Source: Betaproteobacteria bacterium
GTDB lineage: Bacteria > Pseudomonadota > Gammaproteobacteria > Burkholderiales > Casimicrobiaceae
Assembly (NCBI GenBank): GCA_031410015.1
Contig: JANNYI010000133.1
Coordinates: 1-17,745 of the forward strand
Direction of reading: 5' to 3'
DNA length: 17,745 nt
Shown: positions 7,294 through 17,745 of the stretch, piece by piece
Numbering within the stretch: the stretch's first letter is position 1
Layout of the letters: each line of letters opens with the position of its first letter
Translations under genes and position numbers: made by a program
Notes under the pieces: model-generated
The model's database searches: none
The model's input: the letters and a program-made list of their open reading frames with translations, nothing else
What the model was told of the DNA's origin: nothing

Positions 7294-7761
7294 ATGACGA
7301 TCAGACGACTCCAGGGCGGCATGCCCGCGGCCACACGGCGCGTGGGCATCGTGCTGTCGCGGTTCAATCACGACGTGGGCGCCGGCCTCCTCGCCGGCGC
7401 GTTGCGCGCGCTGCGCGAAGCGGGGATCGACGATGACCAGGTCACCGTGGCCAGCGTGCCGGGCGCGCTGGAAACGCCGCTGGTGCTGCAACGGATGGCG
7501 CAGTCGGGCGACTACGATGCGCTGGTCGCGCTGGGCGCCGTGATCCGCGGCGAGACCTATCACTTCGAGATTGTTTCCAACGAATCGGCGGCGGGCGTGT
7601 CCAGCGTGGCGCTCGAGTTCGGCATCCCCATCGGCAACGGCATCCTCACCTGCGAGAACGACGCGCAGGCGCTGGCCCGCATGGACCAGAAGGGCTACGA
7701 GGCGGCGCAGGCTGCCCTCGAAATCGCGGAACTGTTCGATGTCCTCGACGAGCAAGACTAG
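7294..7761 (+). CDS. ribH: 6,7-dimethyl-8-ribityllumazine synthase
   Basis: This is the terminal 155 codons of track ORF 6121..7761. Motifs VGIVLSRFN, VPGALETPL and ALGAVIRGETYHFE are typical of RibH. Confidence 0.95.
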   Translation: MTIRRLQGGMPAATRRVGIVLSRFNHDVGAGLLAGALRALREAGIDDDQVTVASVPGALETPLVLQRMAQSGDYDALVALGAVIRGETYHFEIVSNESAAGVSSVALEFGIPIGNGILTCENDAQALARMDQKGYEAAQAALEIAELFDVLDEQD

Positions 7762-8200
7762 CCAGCGCCGCCGCTCGCGCGAGCTGGTGATGCAGGGCCT
7801 GTACCAGCGGCAGCTGTCGGGCAACGCGGCGCGCGACGTGCACGCCGACCTCACCACCAGCCCGGGGTTCCCGCGTGCCGACCAGCCTTACTTCGACGAG
7901 CTGTGGAGCGGCGTCGGCGAGGAGTACGACGATCTCCTGGCGCGGCTCGCGCCGTTCCTCGACCGCAAGCCCGCCGCGCTGTCGCCGGTGGAAAAGGCCA
8001 TCCTGCTGATCGGGGCGTGGGAGCTGTCGCGGCGCGTTGAAATTCCCTACCGGGTCGTCATCAACGAGTCGGTGGAGCTCGCCAAGTCCTTCGGCGGCAC
8101 CGACGGCCATCGCTACGTCAATGGCGTGCTGGACCGCTTTGCCGCCGACGTGCGCGCCGTCGAGATCGCGGCGGGCAAGCGCGACGCCGCGCCGGGCTGA
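7739..8200 (+). CDS. nusB: Transcription antitermination factor NusB
   Basis: I chose the ATG at 7739 because it retains the conserved N-terminus RRRSRELVMQGLYQ. It overlaps the ribH 3' end by 23 nt. The ribH-nusB linkage is conserved. Confidence 0.9.
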   Translation: MSSTSKTSQRRRSRELVMQGLYQRQLSGNAARDVHADLTTSPGFPRADQPYFDELWSGVGEEYDDLLARLAPFLDRKPAALSPVEKAILLIGAWELSRRVEIPYRVVINESVELAKSFGGTDGHRYVNGVLDRFAADVRAVEIAAGKRDAAPG

Positions 8201-8311
8201 CGGCCGCCAGCGCGATGCGCCGCGCGCTCGTCCTTGCCGGATGCTTGTGGTTGCCGGTCGGCAGCCGCCCGGCGTCGCCGGCGCAGGACGACGTTGCCGC
8301 GCCTCGTTGCG

Positions 8312-9280
8312 ATGAATGAATTCGAATTGATCGGCCGCTACTTCCGGCGGCCGGCGCGCGACCCCGCCGTGCGCGTGGGCAATGGCGACGACGCCGCGGT
8401 CGTGCGGCCCGCGGCGGGACACGAACTCGCATTCTCGGTGGACATGCTGGTGGAAGGCCGGCATTTCCTGGCCGACGTCGACGCGGAAGCGCTGGGGCAC
8501 AAGACGCTGGCGGTCAACCTGTCGGATCTGGCGGCGATGGGCGCGATGCCGCGCTGGGCGCTTATGGCGGGCGCATTGCCGCGCGTGGACGAAGCCTGGC
8601 TCGCGGCATTCGCGCGCGGCTTCTTCGCGCTGGCGGAGCGCTTCGACGTGGCGCTGATCGGGGGCGATACCACCCGTGGCCCCCTCAATCTCTGCGTGAC
8701 CATCGTCGGCGAGTTGCCGTTCGACACGGCGCTGACGCGGGCCGGCGCGCGGGCCGGCGACGACCTCTATGTGTCCGGCACGCTGGGCGATGCGGCGCTT
8801 GCGCTCGCCGCGTTGCAGGGGCGCACCCATCTCGATCCGGCCACGCTGGCGGTGCTGCGGCTTCGCCTCGAGCGCCCCGAACCGCGGATTGCGCTCGGGC
8901 TTGCGCTGCGCGGCGTGGCGTCGGCGGCGCTCGACCTGTCGGACGGATTGACCGGCGACCTGGCGCACATCCTCGACGCGTCGCGGGTCGGCGCGCAGAT
9001 CGCGCTGGCTGCGCTGCCGCTGTCGCCGGCGCTCGCGCAGCGCCTGGCGGGAGCCGAGCGGACGCTGGCGCTCGGTTGCGCGCTCGCCGGCGGCGACGAC
9101 TACGAACTCTGCTTCACGGCGGCGCCGGCAATGCGCGAACGCATCGCCGCGATCGCGCGGGACCTTGCATTGCCGCTGAGCCGGATCGGCGGCATCACCG
9201 CGGCGCCGGGGATGCTCGTGCGCGACGAGCATGGCGACGCGCTGTCCGCGCTGCCACGCGCGTGGGATCATTTCGGATGA
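8312..9280 (+). CDS. thiL: Thiamine-monophosphate kinase
   Basis: Start at MNEFELIGRYF. Motifs GDDAAV, VDMLVEGRHF, HKTLAVNLSDLAAMGA and GGDTTRG mark the AIR-synthase-like ThiL family. Confidence 0.9.
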   Translation: MNEFELIGRYFRRPARDPAVRVGNGDDAAVVRPAAGHELAFSVDMLVEGRHFLADVDAEALGHKTLAVNLSDLAAMGAMPRWALMAGALPRVDEAWLAAFARGFFALAERFDVALIGGDTTRGPLNLCVTIVGELPFDTALTRAGARAGDDLYVSGTLGDAALALAALQGRTHLDPATLAVLRLRLERPEPRIALGLALRGVASAALDLSDGLTGDLAHILDASRVGAQIALAALPLSPALAQRLAGAERTLALGCALAGGDDYELCFTAAPAMRERIAAIARDLALPLSRIGGITAAPGMLVRDEHGDALSALPRAWDHFG

Positions 9281-9762
9281 GCGCCGCGCCCACGCTTGCC
9301 TTCCTGTTCCGCCATCCGGCGCATTTCATCGCGCTGGGCTTCGGCGCGGGCCTGTCGCCATGGGCGCCGGGAACCCTGGGCACGCTGCTCGCGATTCCGC
9401 TGGCGCTGGGATTGCGCCGGTATGCGGGCGACGTCGAGTACGCGGTGGTGCTGGCCGCGCTCTTCGGCATCGGCGTATGGGCGTCGCAGGTCACCGGGCG
9501 CGAACTTGGTCAGCCGGATCATGGCGGCATCGTCATCGACGAGGTCGTGGCGTTCCTGCTGGTGCTCTTTTTCACCGGCATCACGCTCGAGCGCATCGCC
9601 ATCGCTTTCGCCTTGTTCCGGTTCTTCGACATCGTCAAGCCGCCGCCGATCCGGCAGCTCGATGCGCGGATGAAGAACGGGCTGGGCGTGATGCTCGATG
9701 ACCTGCTGGCCGCGGGTTTCACGCTGCTCGTCTTCGCGGTCGGCCAGAGGATGCTCGGATGA
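9277..9762 (+). CDS. pgpA: Phosphatidylglycerophosphatase A
   Basis: The ATG at 9277 overlaps the thiL stop (ATGA). Sequences FGAGLSPWAPGTLGTL, DHGGIVIDEV and FRFFDIVKPPPI are typical of PgpA. The thiL-pgpA linkage is conserved. Confidence 0.9.
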   Translation: MSAAPTLAFLFRHPAHFIALGFGAGLSPWAPGTLGTLLAIPLALGLRRYAGDVEYAVVLAALFGIGVWASQVTGRELGQPDHGGIVIDEVVAFLLVLFFTGITLERIAIAFALFRFFDIVKPPPIRQLDARMKNGLGVMLDDLLAAGFTLLVFAVGQRMLG

Positions 9763-10535
9763 GCGCGGACGGCCACGGCGAGCTGGACCTGCGGCGGCTG
9801 GAGGAGGTCGGCCTCAACGCGTTGCAGACCCAGCGCCAGCTCTTCTACGACGGCTGGCTGCTGCGGGTCTCGCCCGGCAAGGCCAAGCGGGCGCGCAGCG
9901 TGAACGCGCATTTCAATTCGTCGCTGCCGTTGGGCGACAAGATCGCGCATTGCGAGAAGGTCTATGCCGCGCGCGGATTGCCGGTGCTGTTTCGCATCAC
10001 GCCCTTCGTCCAGCCGCCCGACCTCGACGCGGCACTGGCGGCGCGTGGTTATGAGGCGCACGAGACGACGCTGGTGCAGGTGGTGCGGCTGGCGCGCGCA
10101 CCGGAGGCAGTGGCGCTGCCGGACATGGAGATCACGTCGCCGCCGGCAAGCGTATTCGCCGACGCGGTGGCGGCGCTGCAGCACGCGACACCCGCGCAGC
10201 GGGACGCCTACTTCGAGCGCCTGGTGGACAGCCCGCTGCCGATGCGCGCGCTGCTCGCGCAGGACCCAAGCGAAACGGCAGGCGTGGGCACGGTGATGCT
10301 CGACGACGGTCTGGCCGGCATCTTCTCGATGGCCACCGCCCCGGCGCTGCGCGGGCGCGGGGTGGCCACGGCGCTGCTGGGGCGCCTGCTGGCATGGGCC
10401 TGGGATCACGGCGCGACGCACGCCTACCTGCAGGTCGACGCCAACAATCACCGCGCGCTGGCGGTGTACCGCCGCTTCGGCTTCGCCACCGCGTACACCT
10501 ATCACTATCGCGCCCGGCCCGGCGATTTCGCATGA
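9759..10535 (+). CDS. Two-domain GNAT-family N-acetyltransferase, substrate unknown
   Basis: 258 aa. The C-terminal acetyl-CoA motif is [19 protein letters not shown]...[21 protein letters not shown]. The N-terminal [19 protein letters not shown] domain is seen in a GNAT subfamily. ATGA overlaps are present at both ends. Confidence 0.75.
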   Translation: MSADGHGELDLRRLEEVGLNALQTQRQLFYDGWLLRVSPGKAKRARSVNAHFNSSLPLGDKIAHCEKVYAARGLPVLFRITPFVQPPDLDAALAARGYEAHETTLVQVVRLARAPEAVALPDMEITSPPASVFADAVAALQHATPAQRDAYFERLVDSPLPMRALLAQDPSETAGVGTVMLDDGLAGIFSMATAPALRGRGVATALLGRLLAWAWDHGATHAYLQVDANNHRALAVYRRFGFATAYTYHYRARPGDFA

Positions 10536-11041
10536 CGGCGGACGCGATCGTCACTCTGGCGGCGGAACTGGGCACGGCGCTGCAGGCGCGCCGCTGGCGC
10601 TGCGCCACGGCCGAATCCTGCACGGGGGGGCTGGTTGCGGGCGCGATCACCGCCATCGCGGGCAGTTCGGCCTGGTTCGAGCGCGGCTTCGTGACCTATA
10701 CCAACGAGGCGAAGGTCGAGATGCTTGGGGTGCCCTCCGGCCTGATCGACCGTCATGGCGCGGTGTCGATGCCGGTGGCCCGGGCGATGGCCGAGGGCGC
10801 GCTGGCCCGGTCGTCGGCCGATCTCGCGGTGGCGATCACGGGCGTGGCGGGGCCCGGCGGCGGCACCGCGGACAAGCCGGTGGGCATGGTCTGCTTCGCC
10901 TGGGCCCGGCGCGGCGGCGAAACCGCGGCGGTGACGCTGCACCTGCCGGGCGACCGCGCCGCCGTCCGTGCGGCCGCCGTGGCGGCGGCCACGCGCGGGC
11001 TGCTGGAGCGGGTACCACCGGCGGACCCCGTCCGCCCATAG
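10532..11041 (+). CDS. pncC: CinA C-terminal-domain protein / NMN amidohydrolase-like
   Basis: The ATG at 10532 overlaps the GNAT stop. Motifs [33 protein letters not shown] and KPVGMV are typical of the CinA_C/PncC family. It sits immediately upstream of recA, as in E. coli. Confidence 0.85.
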   Translation: MTADAIVTLAAELGTALQARRWRCATAESCTGGLVAGAITAIAGSSAWFERGFVTYTNEAKVEMLGVPSGLIDRHGAVSMPVARAMAEGALARSSADLAVAITGVAGPGGGTADKPVGMVCFAWARRGGETAAVTLHLPGDRAAVRAAAVAAATRGLLERVPPADPVRP

Positions 11042-11075
11042 GCCGCACGGCTTAGGCCACAGGAACGCTTGCATC

Positions 11076-11087
11076 GAACGATCGTTC
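11076..11087. promoter_or_regulatory. Perfect 12-bp palindrome GAACGATCGTTC upstream of recA (candidate operator)
   Basis: gaacgatcgttc at 11076-11087, 78 nt upstream of the recA ATG, in the cinA-recA spacer. It has GAAC-N4-GTTC architecture. Confidence 0.35.
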
Positions 11088-11164
11088 TATGCGACGATCC
11101 GTCCTGTTCGCAAGGACCCCGCTCCCGGCCGGCCGCCGGCAGGCGATACTTGGAGATTCCAATC

Positions 11165-12214
11165 ATGCCCCTCGACTCCCCCATGGACGACCAAAAATCC
11201 AAAGCCCTCTTCGCTGCGCTGGCGCAGATCGAAAAGCAGTTCGGCAAGGGCTCCATCATGAAGATGGGCGAAGCCCAGATCGCCAACGACCTGACGGTGG
11301 TGTCCACCGGCTCGCTCGGCCTCGACATCGCGCTGGGCGTCGGCGGCCTGCCGCGCGGCCGCGTGGTCGAGATCTACGGCCCTGAATCCTCCGGCAAGAC
11401 CACGCTGTGCCTGCAGGTCGTGGCGCAGGTGCAAAAGGCGGGCGGGGTGGCCGCCTACATCGACGCCGAAAACGCGCTCGACCCGGTGTATGCCGGCAAG
11501 CTCGGCGTCAACGTCGGCGATCTCCTCATTTCGCAGCCCGACACGGGCGAGCAGGGCCTCGAAATCACCGACATGCTGGTGCGCTCCGGCGGCGTCGACA
11601 TCATCGTCATCGACTCGGTGGCAGCACTCGTGCCCAAGGCCGAAATCGAAGGCGAGATGGGCGACCAGCTGCCCGGCCTGCAGGCGCGGCTGATGAGTCA
11701 GGCGCTGCGCAAGCTCGCCGGCAACATCAAGCGCTCCAACACGCTGGTGATCTTCATCAACCAGATCCGGATGAAGATCGGCGTGATGTTCGGCAGCCCC
11801 GAAACCACCACGGGCGGCAATGCGCTCAAGTTCTACGCCTCGGTGCGCCTCGACATCCGGCGCATCGGCGCCATCAAGCGCGGCGAGGAAGTCGTCGGCA
11901 ACGAAACCCGCGTCAAGGTCGTCAAGAACAAGGTGTCGCCGCCGTTCCGCGAGGCGCTGTTCGACATCCTGTACGGCGAAGGCATTTCGCGCGAAGGCGA
12001 AATCGTCGAGCTGGGCGTGCTGCACAAGATCGTCGAAAAGTCCGGCGCGTGGTACGCCTACAACGGCGACAAGATCGGCCAGGGCAAGGACAACGCACGC
12101 GAATACCTGCGCGAACATCCCGAGCTGGCGCAGGAGATCGAAGGCAAGATCCGGGCGGCGGTGGATGTGCCCACGCCGGGCCGCATCAATCCGGCGCCGT
12201 CCGCGGACGAGTGA
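11165..12214 (+). CDS. recA: Recombinase RecA
   Basis: 349 aa with Walker [10 protein letters not shown], and the sequences [15 protein letters not shown] and [38 protein letters not shown] chose the ATG at 11165, which has GGAGA 8 nt upstream. An alternative ATG lies at 11183. Confidence 0.98.
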   Translation: MPLDSPMDDQKSKALFAALAQIEKQFGKGSIMKMGEAQIANDLTVVSTGSLGLDIALGVGGLPRGRVVEIYGPESSGKTTLCLQVVAQVQKAGGVAAYIDAENALDPVYAGKLGVNVGDLLISQPDTGEQGLEITDMLVRSGGVDIIVIDSVAALVPKAEIEGEMGDQLPGLQARLMSQALRKLAGNIKRSNTLVIFINQIRMKIGVMFGSPETTTGGNALKFYASVRLDIRRIGAIKRGEEVVGNETRVKVVKNKVSPPFREALFDILYGEGISREGEIVELGVLHKIVEKSGAWYAYNGDKIGQGKDNAREYLREHPELAQEIEGKIRAAVDVPTPGRINPAPSADE

Positions 12215-12255
12215 TCGGCGGTGCCTGACCGGCGGGCCCAGCGCATGCGCATCAA

Positions 12256-12789
12256 GTGCTGACCGGTCCCAAGTTCAGGCGGGGGCGGGCGGCGACCGCA
12301 AGCGCCGACCCGCCCCGCCGGGCTGCGGCACCCGCGCCGTCGCCCAAGGCGGTGGCGGTGCGGTATCTCGCCCGCCGCGATTACAGCCGCGCCGAACTGG
12401 CGCAGCGGCTGGCGCAACGCGGCATCGACGCCGCTGCCATCGAGGTTGCGCTCGACCAACTCACCGCGGCCGGCTATCTGTCGGATGAACGCTATGCCGC
12501 AGCCGTCGTGGCACAACGCAGCGGCCGTTACGGCAAGCGCGCCATTGCCTACGCGTTGAGGGAAAAGGGCGTCACCGCCGACGCTGTCGCGGCTGCGCTG
12601 GCGCCGCTCGCGGCCACGGACGAGTTTGCCGATGCGATGGCGCTGTGGCGGCAGCGCTTCCGCACGCCACCGGCCAACGATCGCGACAAGGCGCGGCAGG
12701 TGCGCTTTCTGCAGGCGCGGGGTTACCCGCTGTCGGTGGTGCTCAAGGTGATGCGCGCCGCGGGTGCAGGGGATGTCGAGGACCTCTGA
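12256..12789 (+). CDS. recX: Recombination regulator RecX
   Basis: Helical-repeat sequence (YLARRDYSRAELAQRL, AGYLSDERYA, RFLQARGY) in the position between recA and alaS. The start is a GTG at 12256 and the exact start is uncertain. Confidence 0.85.
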   Translation: MLTGPKFRRGRAATASADPPRRAAAPAPSPKAVAVRYLARRDYSRAELAQRLAQRGIDAAAIEVALDQLTAAGYLSDERYAAAVVAQRSGRYGKRAIAYALREKGVTADAVAAALAPLAATDEFADAMALWRQRFRTPPANDRDKARQVRFLQARGYPLSVVLKVMRAAGAGDVEDL

Positions 12790-12937
12790 TCCGCCTGGAT
12801 CGGGGGGGCGGCAGCGGCGTCGGCCGGCCGCATGCCCACGCCGATGAAGACAGCGACAGCCGCGGGCGCGCCGCAAGCTACAATCCAAGTTTTTGATTCC
12901 GCGCGGGCTTTGCCGCGCCGGACCACGAAAGCGCGCC

Positions 12938-15576
<2,639 letters not shown>

Positions 15577-15580
<4 letters not shown>

Positions 15581-16629
15581 TCGCCACCCCTTCGCCGCAG
15601 TTTGCGAGCGACAACAACGCCGGCATCTGTCCGGAAGCGCTCGCGGCCATCGTCGATGCCAATCGCGGTCACGCGCATGGCTACGGCGACGACGACTGGA
15701 CGGCGGCGGCGGTGCAGTCGATCCAGCGCGCGTTCGATACCGACTGCGATGTCTACTTCGTGTTCAATGGTACCGCGGCCAATGCGCTGGCGCTGGCGGC
15801 CATCTGCCGCAGCACGGATGCCATCGTCTGCCATGCCATGGCCCACATCAACGTCGACGAGTGCGGCGCGCCGGAGTTCTTCAGCGGCGGCGCCAAGCTG
15901 CTGACCGCCGACACGCCGCACGCCAAGCTGACGCTGGACGCAATCGCCCGCGTGGCGGTCACGCCACACGACGAGCATTCGTCGCGTCCGCGTGCCCTGT
16001 CGCTGACGCAGGCAACCGAACTGGGCACGCTCTACAAGCCGGACGAGTTGCGCGCGTTGTGCGGCGATGCGCATGCACGGCGCATGAAGGTGCACATGGA
16101 CGGCGCGCGCTTCGCCAACGCGGTGGCCTCGCTGGGCTGTGCGCCTGCCGACATCACGTGGCGCGCCGGCGTGGACGTGTTGAGCCTGGGTGGGGCCAAG
16201 AACGGCCTGCCGCTGGGCGAGGCGCTGGTGTTCTTCGACCGCGCGCTGGCCGACGAATTTGCGCGCCGCCGCAAGCAGGGCGGCCAGCTGGCCTCGAAGA
16301 TGCGTTTTCTGGCGGCACCGTGGAGCGCGATGCTCGACGACGGCGCGTGGCTGCGGCATGCGGCGCACGCCAATGCGATGGCGCAGAAGCTGGCCGCAGC
16401 GCTGACGCAGGTGCCCGGCGCGCACTTGCTGGCGCCGGTGGAAGCCAACGGCGTGTTCATCGATTTGCCGCGTCCGGTCATCGAAGCGCTGTGGGCCCGC
16501 GGCTGGAAGTTCTACCTGTTCGTGGGCGATACCGGCGCGCGGTTCATGTGCGCCTGGGATACGCCGGTCACGCTGGTCGATGCGCTGGTCGCGGATGTCC
16601 GTGAACTGACGGCGCGAGCGGCGGACTAA
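15577..16629 (+). CDS. Threonine aldolase family PLP-dependent enzyme (beta-eliminating lyase fold)
   Basis: This is the terminal 350 codons of track ORF 14947..16629. The GTG at 15577 is the only start candidate I see just upstream of the conserved FASDNNAG N-terminal motif, and it overlaps the alaS stop (GTGA). The probable PLP lysine is in [10 protein letters not shown]. Confidence 0.85.
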
Positions 16630-16666
16630 CCCGTTGCCCAGACCACTTCATCGTCGAGGACCCCCC

Positions 16667-17014
16667 ATGATCCAACGCCGTACTCTGTTGCTGGCCCTGG
16701 CCGCCGTGCCAGTTCTTGCGTTCGCGCATCACGGCTGGAGCGAATACGATACGACGCAGGTGCTGAAGCTCACCGGCACCATCGAGGCTGCGGGCTACGA
16801 GCATCCGCATGGCTACGTGAAGCTCAGGACGGCGGACAAGACGTGGCTTGCCGTGCTCGCGCCGCCTTCGCGGATGGAGAATCGCGGGCTGTCCAAGGAT
16901 CTGCTGGCGGTGGGTACCGTGGCGACCGTGGAGGGCTATCCCAGCAAATCCAAGCCCGATGAAATGCGCTCCGAGCGCATCACGATCGCGGGGAAGACCG
17001 TCGAATTGCGATGA
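16667..17014 (+). CDS. Small secreted protein of unknown function with a predicted His-His mature N-terminus
   Basis: The ATG at 16667 has GAGGA 6 nt upstream. The signal peptide is MIQRRTLLLALAAVPVLAFA, and the mature protein would start HHGWSEYD. A second His cluster is YEHPHGY. The mature protein is about 95 aa and looks beta-rich. From memory it resembles a widespread uncharacterised DUF family with the pattern HH[SG][FW]..[FY]D...LTGT...PH. Confidence 0.7.
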   Translation: MIQRRTLLLALAAVPVLAFAHHGWSEYDTTQVLKLTGTIEAAGYEHPHGYVKLRTADKTWLAVLAPPSRMENRGLSKDLLAVGTVATVEGYPSKSKPDEMRSERITIAGKTVELR

Positions 17015-17490
17015 GCACCGCGATCCACGCGCTCGAAGGCTCGGGCATCGGCCGCGTCCTGCGCGAATCGCTGTGGGCCTATCCGGCGGCGGAAACGGTG
17101 CATATCATCGGTCTCGCCACGCTGTTCGGTTCGGTGCTGATCGTCGACCTGCGCCTGCTGGGCCTCGGTCGCGGAATTTCGGTTTCGCGCCTCGCGTGGC
17201 ACGCGTTGCCGTGGACCGTGGGCGCCTTCATGCTGGTGATGGTCACCGGGCTCCTCATGTTCACCGCGCACGCGTCCGACCTGCTCGACAATCGCGTATT
17301 CATGCTGAAGATGGGATTGATCGGCGCGTCCGGGCTCAATGCGGCGCTGCTGCACACCGGCGCGATGAGCAGGGTCTCGGCTTGGGATGTGCATGCGATG
17401 CCGCCCGTGCGCGTGCGTATCGCCGCATTGCTGTCGATCGTGCTGTGGGTGATCGTGATCGCCTGCGGTCGGATGCTGGCCTATACCTGA
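17011..17490 (+). CDS. 4-TM integral membrane protein of unknown function
   Basis: The ATG at 17011 overlaps the upstream stop (ATGA). There are four hydrophobic segments, at roughly residues 27-50, 66-84, 96-114 and 134-158. TM1 has a His in ETVHIIGLATLFGSVLIVDLR. Confidence 0.7.
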   Translation: MSTAIHALEGSGIGRVLRESLWAYPAAETVHIIGLATLFGSVLIVDLRLLGLGRGISVSRLAWHALPWTVGAFMLVMVTGLLMFTAHASDLLDNRVFMLKMGLIGASGLNAALLHTGAMSRVSAWDVHAMPPVRVRIAALLSIVLWVIVIACGRMLAYT

Positions 17491-17514
17491 GCGGAAGCAC
17501 GAAAGGATCGCGTC

Positions 17515-17745
17515 ATGCCCCTGCGCCCCGAAGTCACGCTGGACGTACTCAATCACCGCGGCGTGGGTCACCTGCCCGGGTTGATGGGCTTTCGTGTCAC
17601 GGCGATCGACGAGGGACTGCTGACCGCCGAGCTCGACATCCGCGTCGATCTGCTGGCCCCCAACGGGTTCCTGCATGCGGCCACGGTGGTGGCGCTGGCC
17701 GACACCGCATGCGGTTTCGGGTGCATCGCCCATCTTCCGGCCGGC
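17515..17745 (+). CDS. PaaI-family hotdog-fold thioesterase (5' partial, runs off the window)
   Basis: The ATG at 17515 has AAAGGA upstream, and the frame stays open for 77 codons to the window end. LPGLMGFRVTAIDEGLLTAELDIRVDLLAPNGFLHAATVVALADTACG matches the PaaI/4HBT pattern. It is absent from the ORF track because it has no stop in the window. Confidence 0.7.
   Translation, partial: MPLRPEVTLDVLNHRGVGHLPGLMGFRVTAIDEGLLTAELDIRVDLLAPNGFLHAATVVALADTACGFGCIAHLPAG

Noticed and set aside
8201-8311. TPP riboswitch or terminator in the nusB-thiL spacer.
   Set aside because: There is no CUGAGA...ACCUGA-type THI-box core. The small hairpin around ggttgccggtcggcagcc is not followed by a T-run.
11042-11164. 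Canonical CTGT-N8-ACAG LexA box upstream of recA.
   Set aside because: By-eye scanning finds none. Single CTGT and ACAG tetramers occur in the wrong order and spacing.
12241-12250. 10-bp palindrome gcgcatgcgc between recA and recX.
   Set aside because: It is short and GC-rich, so it is likely to occur by chance. It has no loop and no T-run, so it is not a credible terminator or operator on this evidence.
12879-12918. alaS promoter or leader: TACAAT at 12879-12884 and hairpin gcgcgg-N6-ccgcgc at 12901-12918.
   Set aside because: There is no acceptable -35 at 16-18 bp spacing (the best, gcgaca, is 20 bp away). The 6-bp GC stem is unremarkable in this composition. The evidence is too weak to call as a feature.

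Overview
Very GC-rich DNA (judged by eye, not computed). Gene content and protein similarity look like a Burkholderiales-type betaproteobacterium, which is inference only. I call 18 CDSs, all on the + strand, and seven gene pairs share a 4-nt start/stop overlap (ATGA or GTGA). Order: (1) a noncoding leader (1-387) with a terminator-like hairpin, a perfect 26-bp x4 tandem repeat, and a consensus -35 promoter overlapped by a 19-bp-arm perfect inverted repeat. (2) A TetR / periplasmic adaptor lipoprotein / RND permease operon with no outer-membrane factor, ending in a translationally coupled NAD(P)-binding protein. (3) Housekeeping genes: ribBA (degenerate GTP cyclohydrolase II half), ribH, nusB, thiL, pgpA, a GNAT acetyltransferase, pncC/cinA-like, recA, recX, alaS. 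The pncC-recA-recX-alaS order is the same as in E. coli. (4) A threonine-aldolase-family PLP enzyme overlapping the alaS stop. (5) A coupled pair of uncharacterised genes: a small secreted protein whose predicted mature N-terminus is His-His, and a 4-TM membrane protein. (6) The 5' end of a PaaI-type hotdog thioesterase. I saw no mobile elements, CRISPR, tRNA/rRNA or riboswitches. Most of the window is conserved core genome. The best candidates for undescribed biology are the His-His secreted protein/4-TM pair, the pump-plus-reductase operon with its unusual upstream repeat and palindrome, and a GAAC-N4-GTTC palindrome upstream of recA where no E. coli-type SOS box is visible. The long antisense and out-of-frame ORFs in the track are GC-content artefacts.
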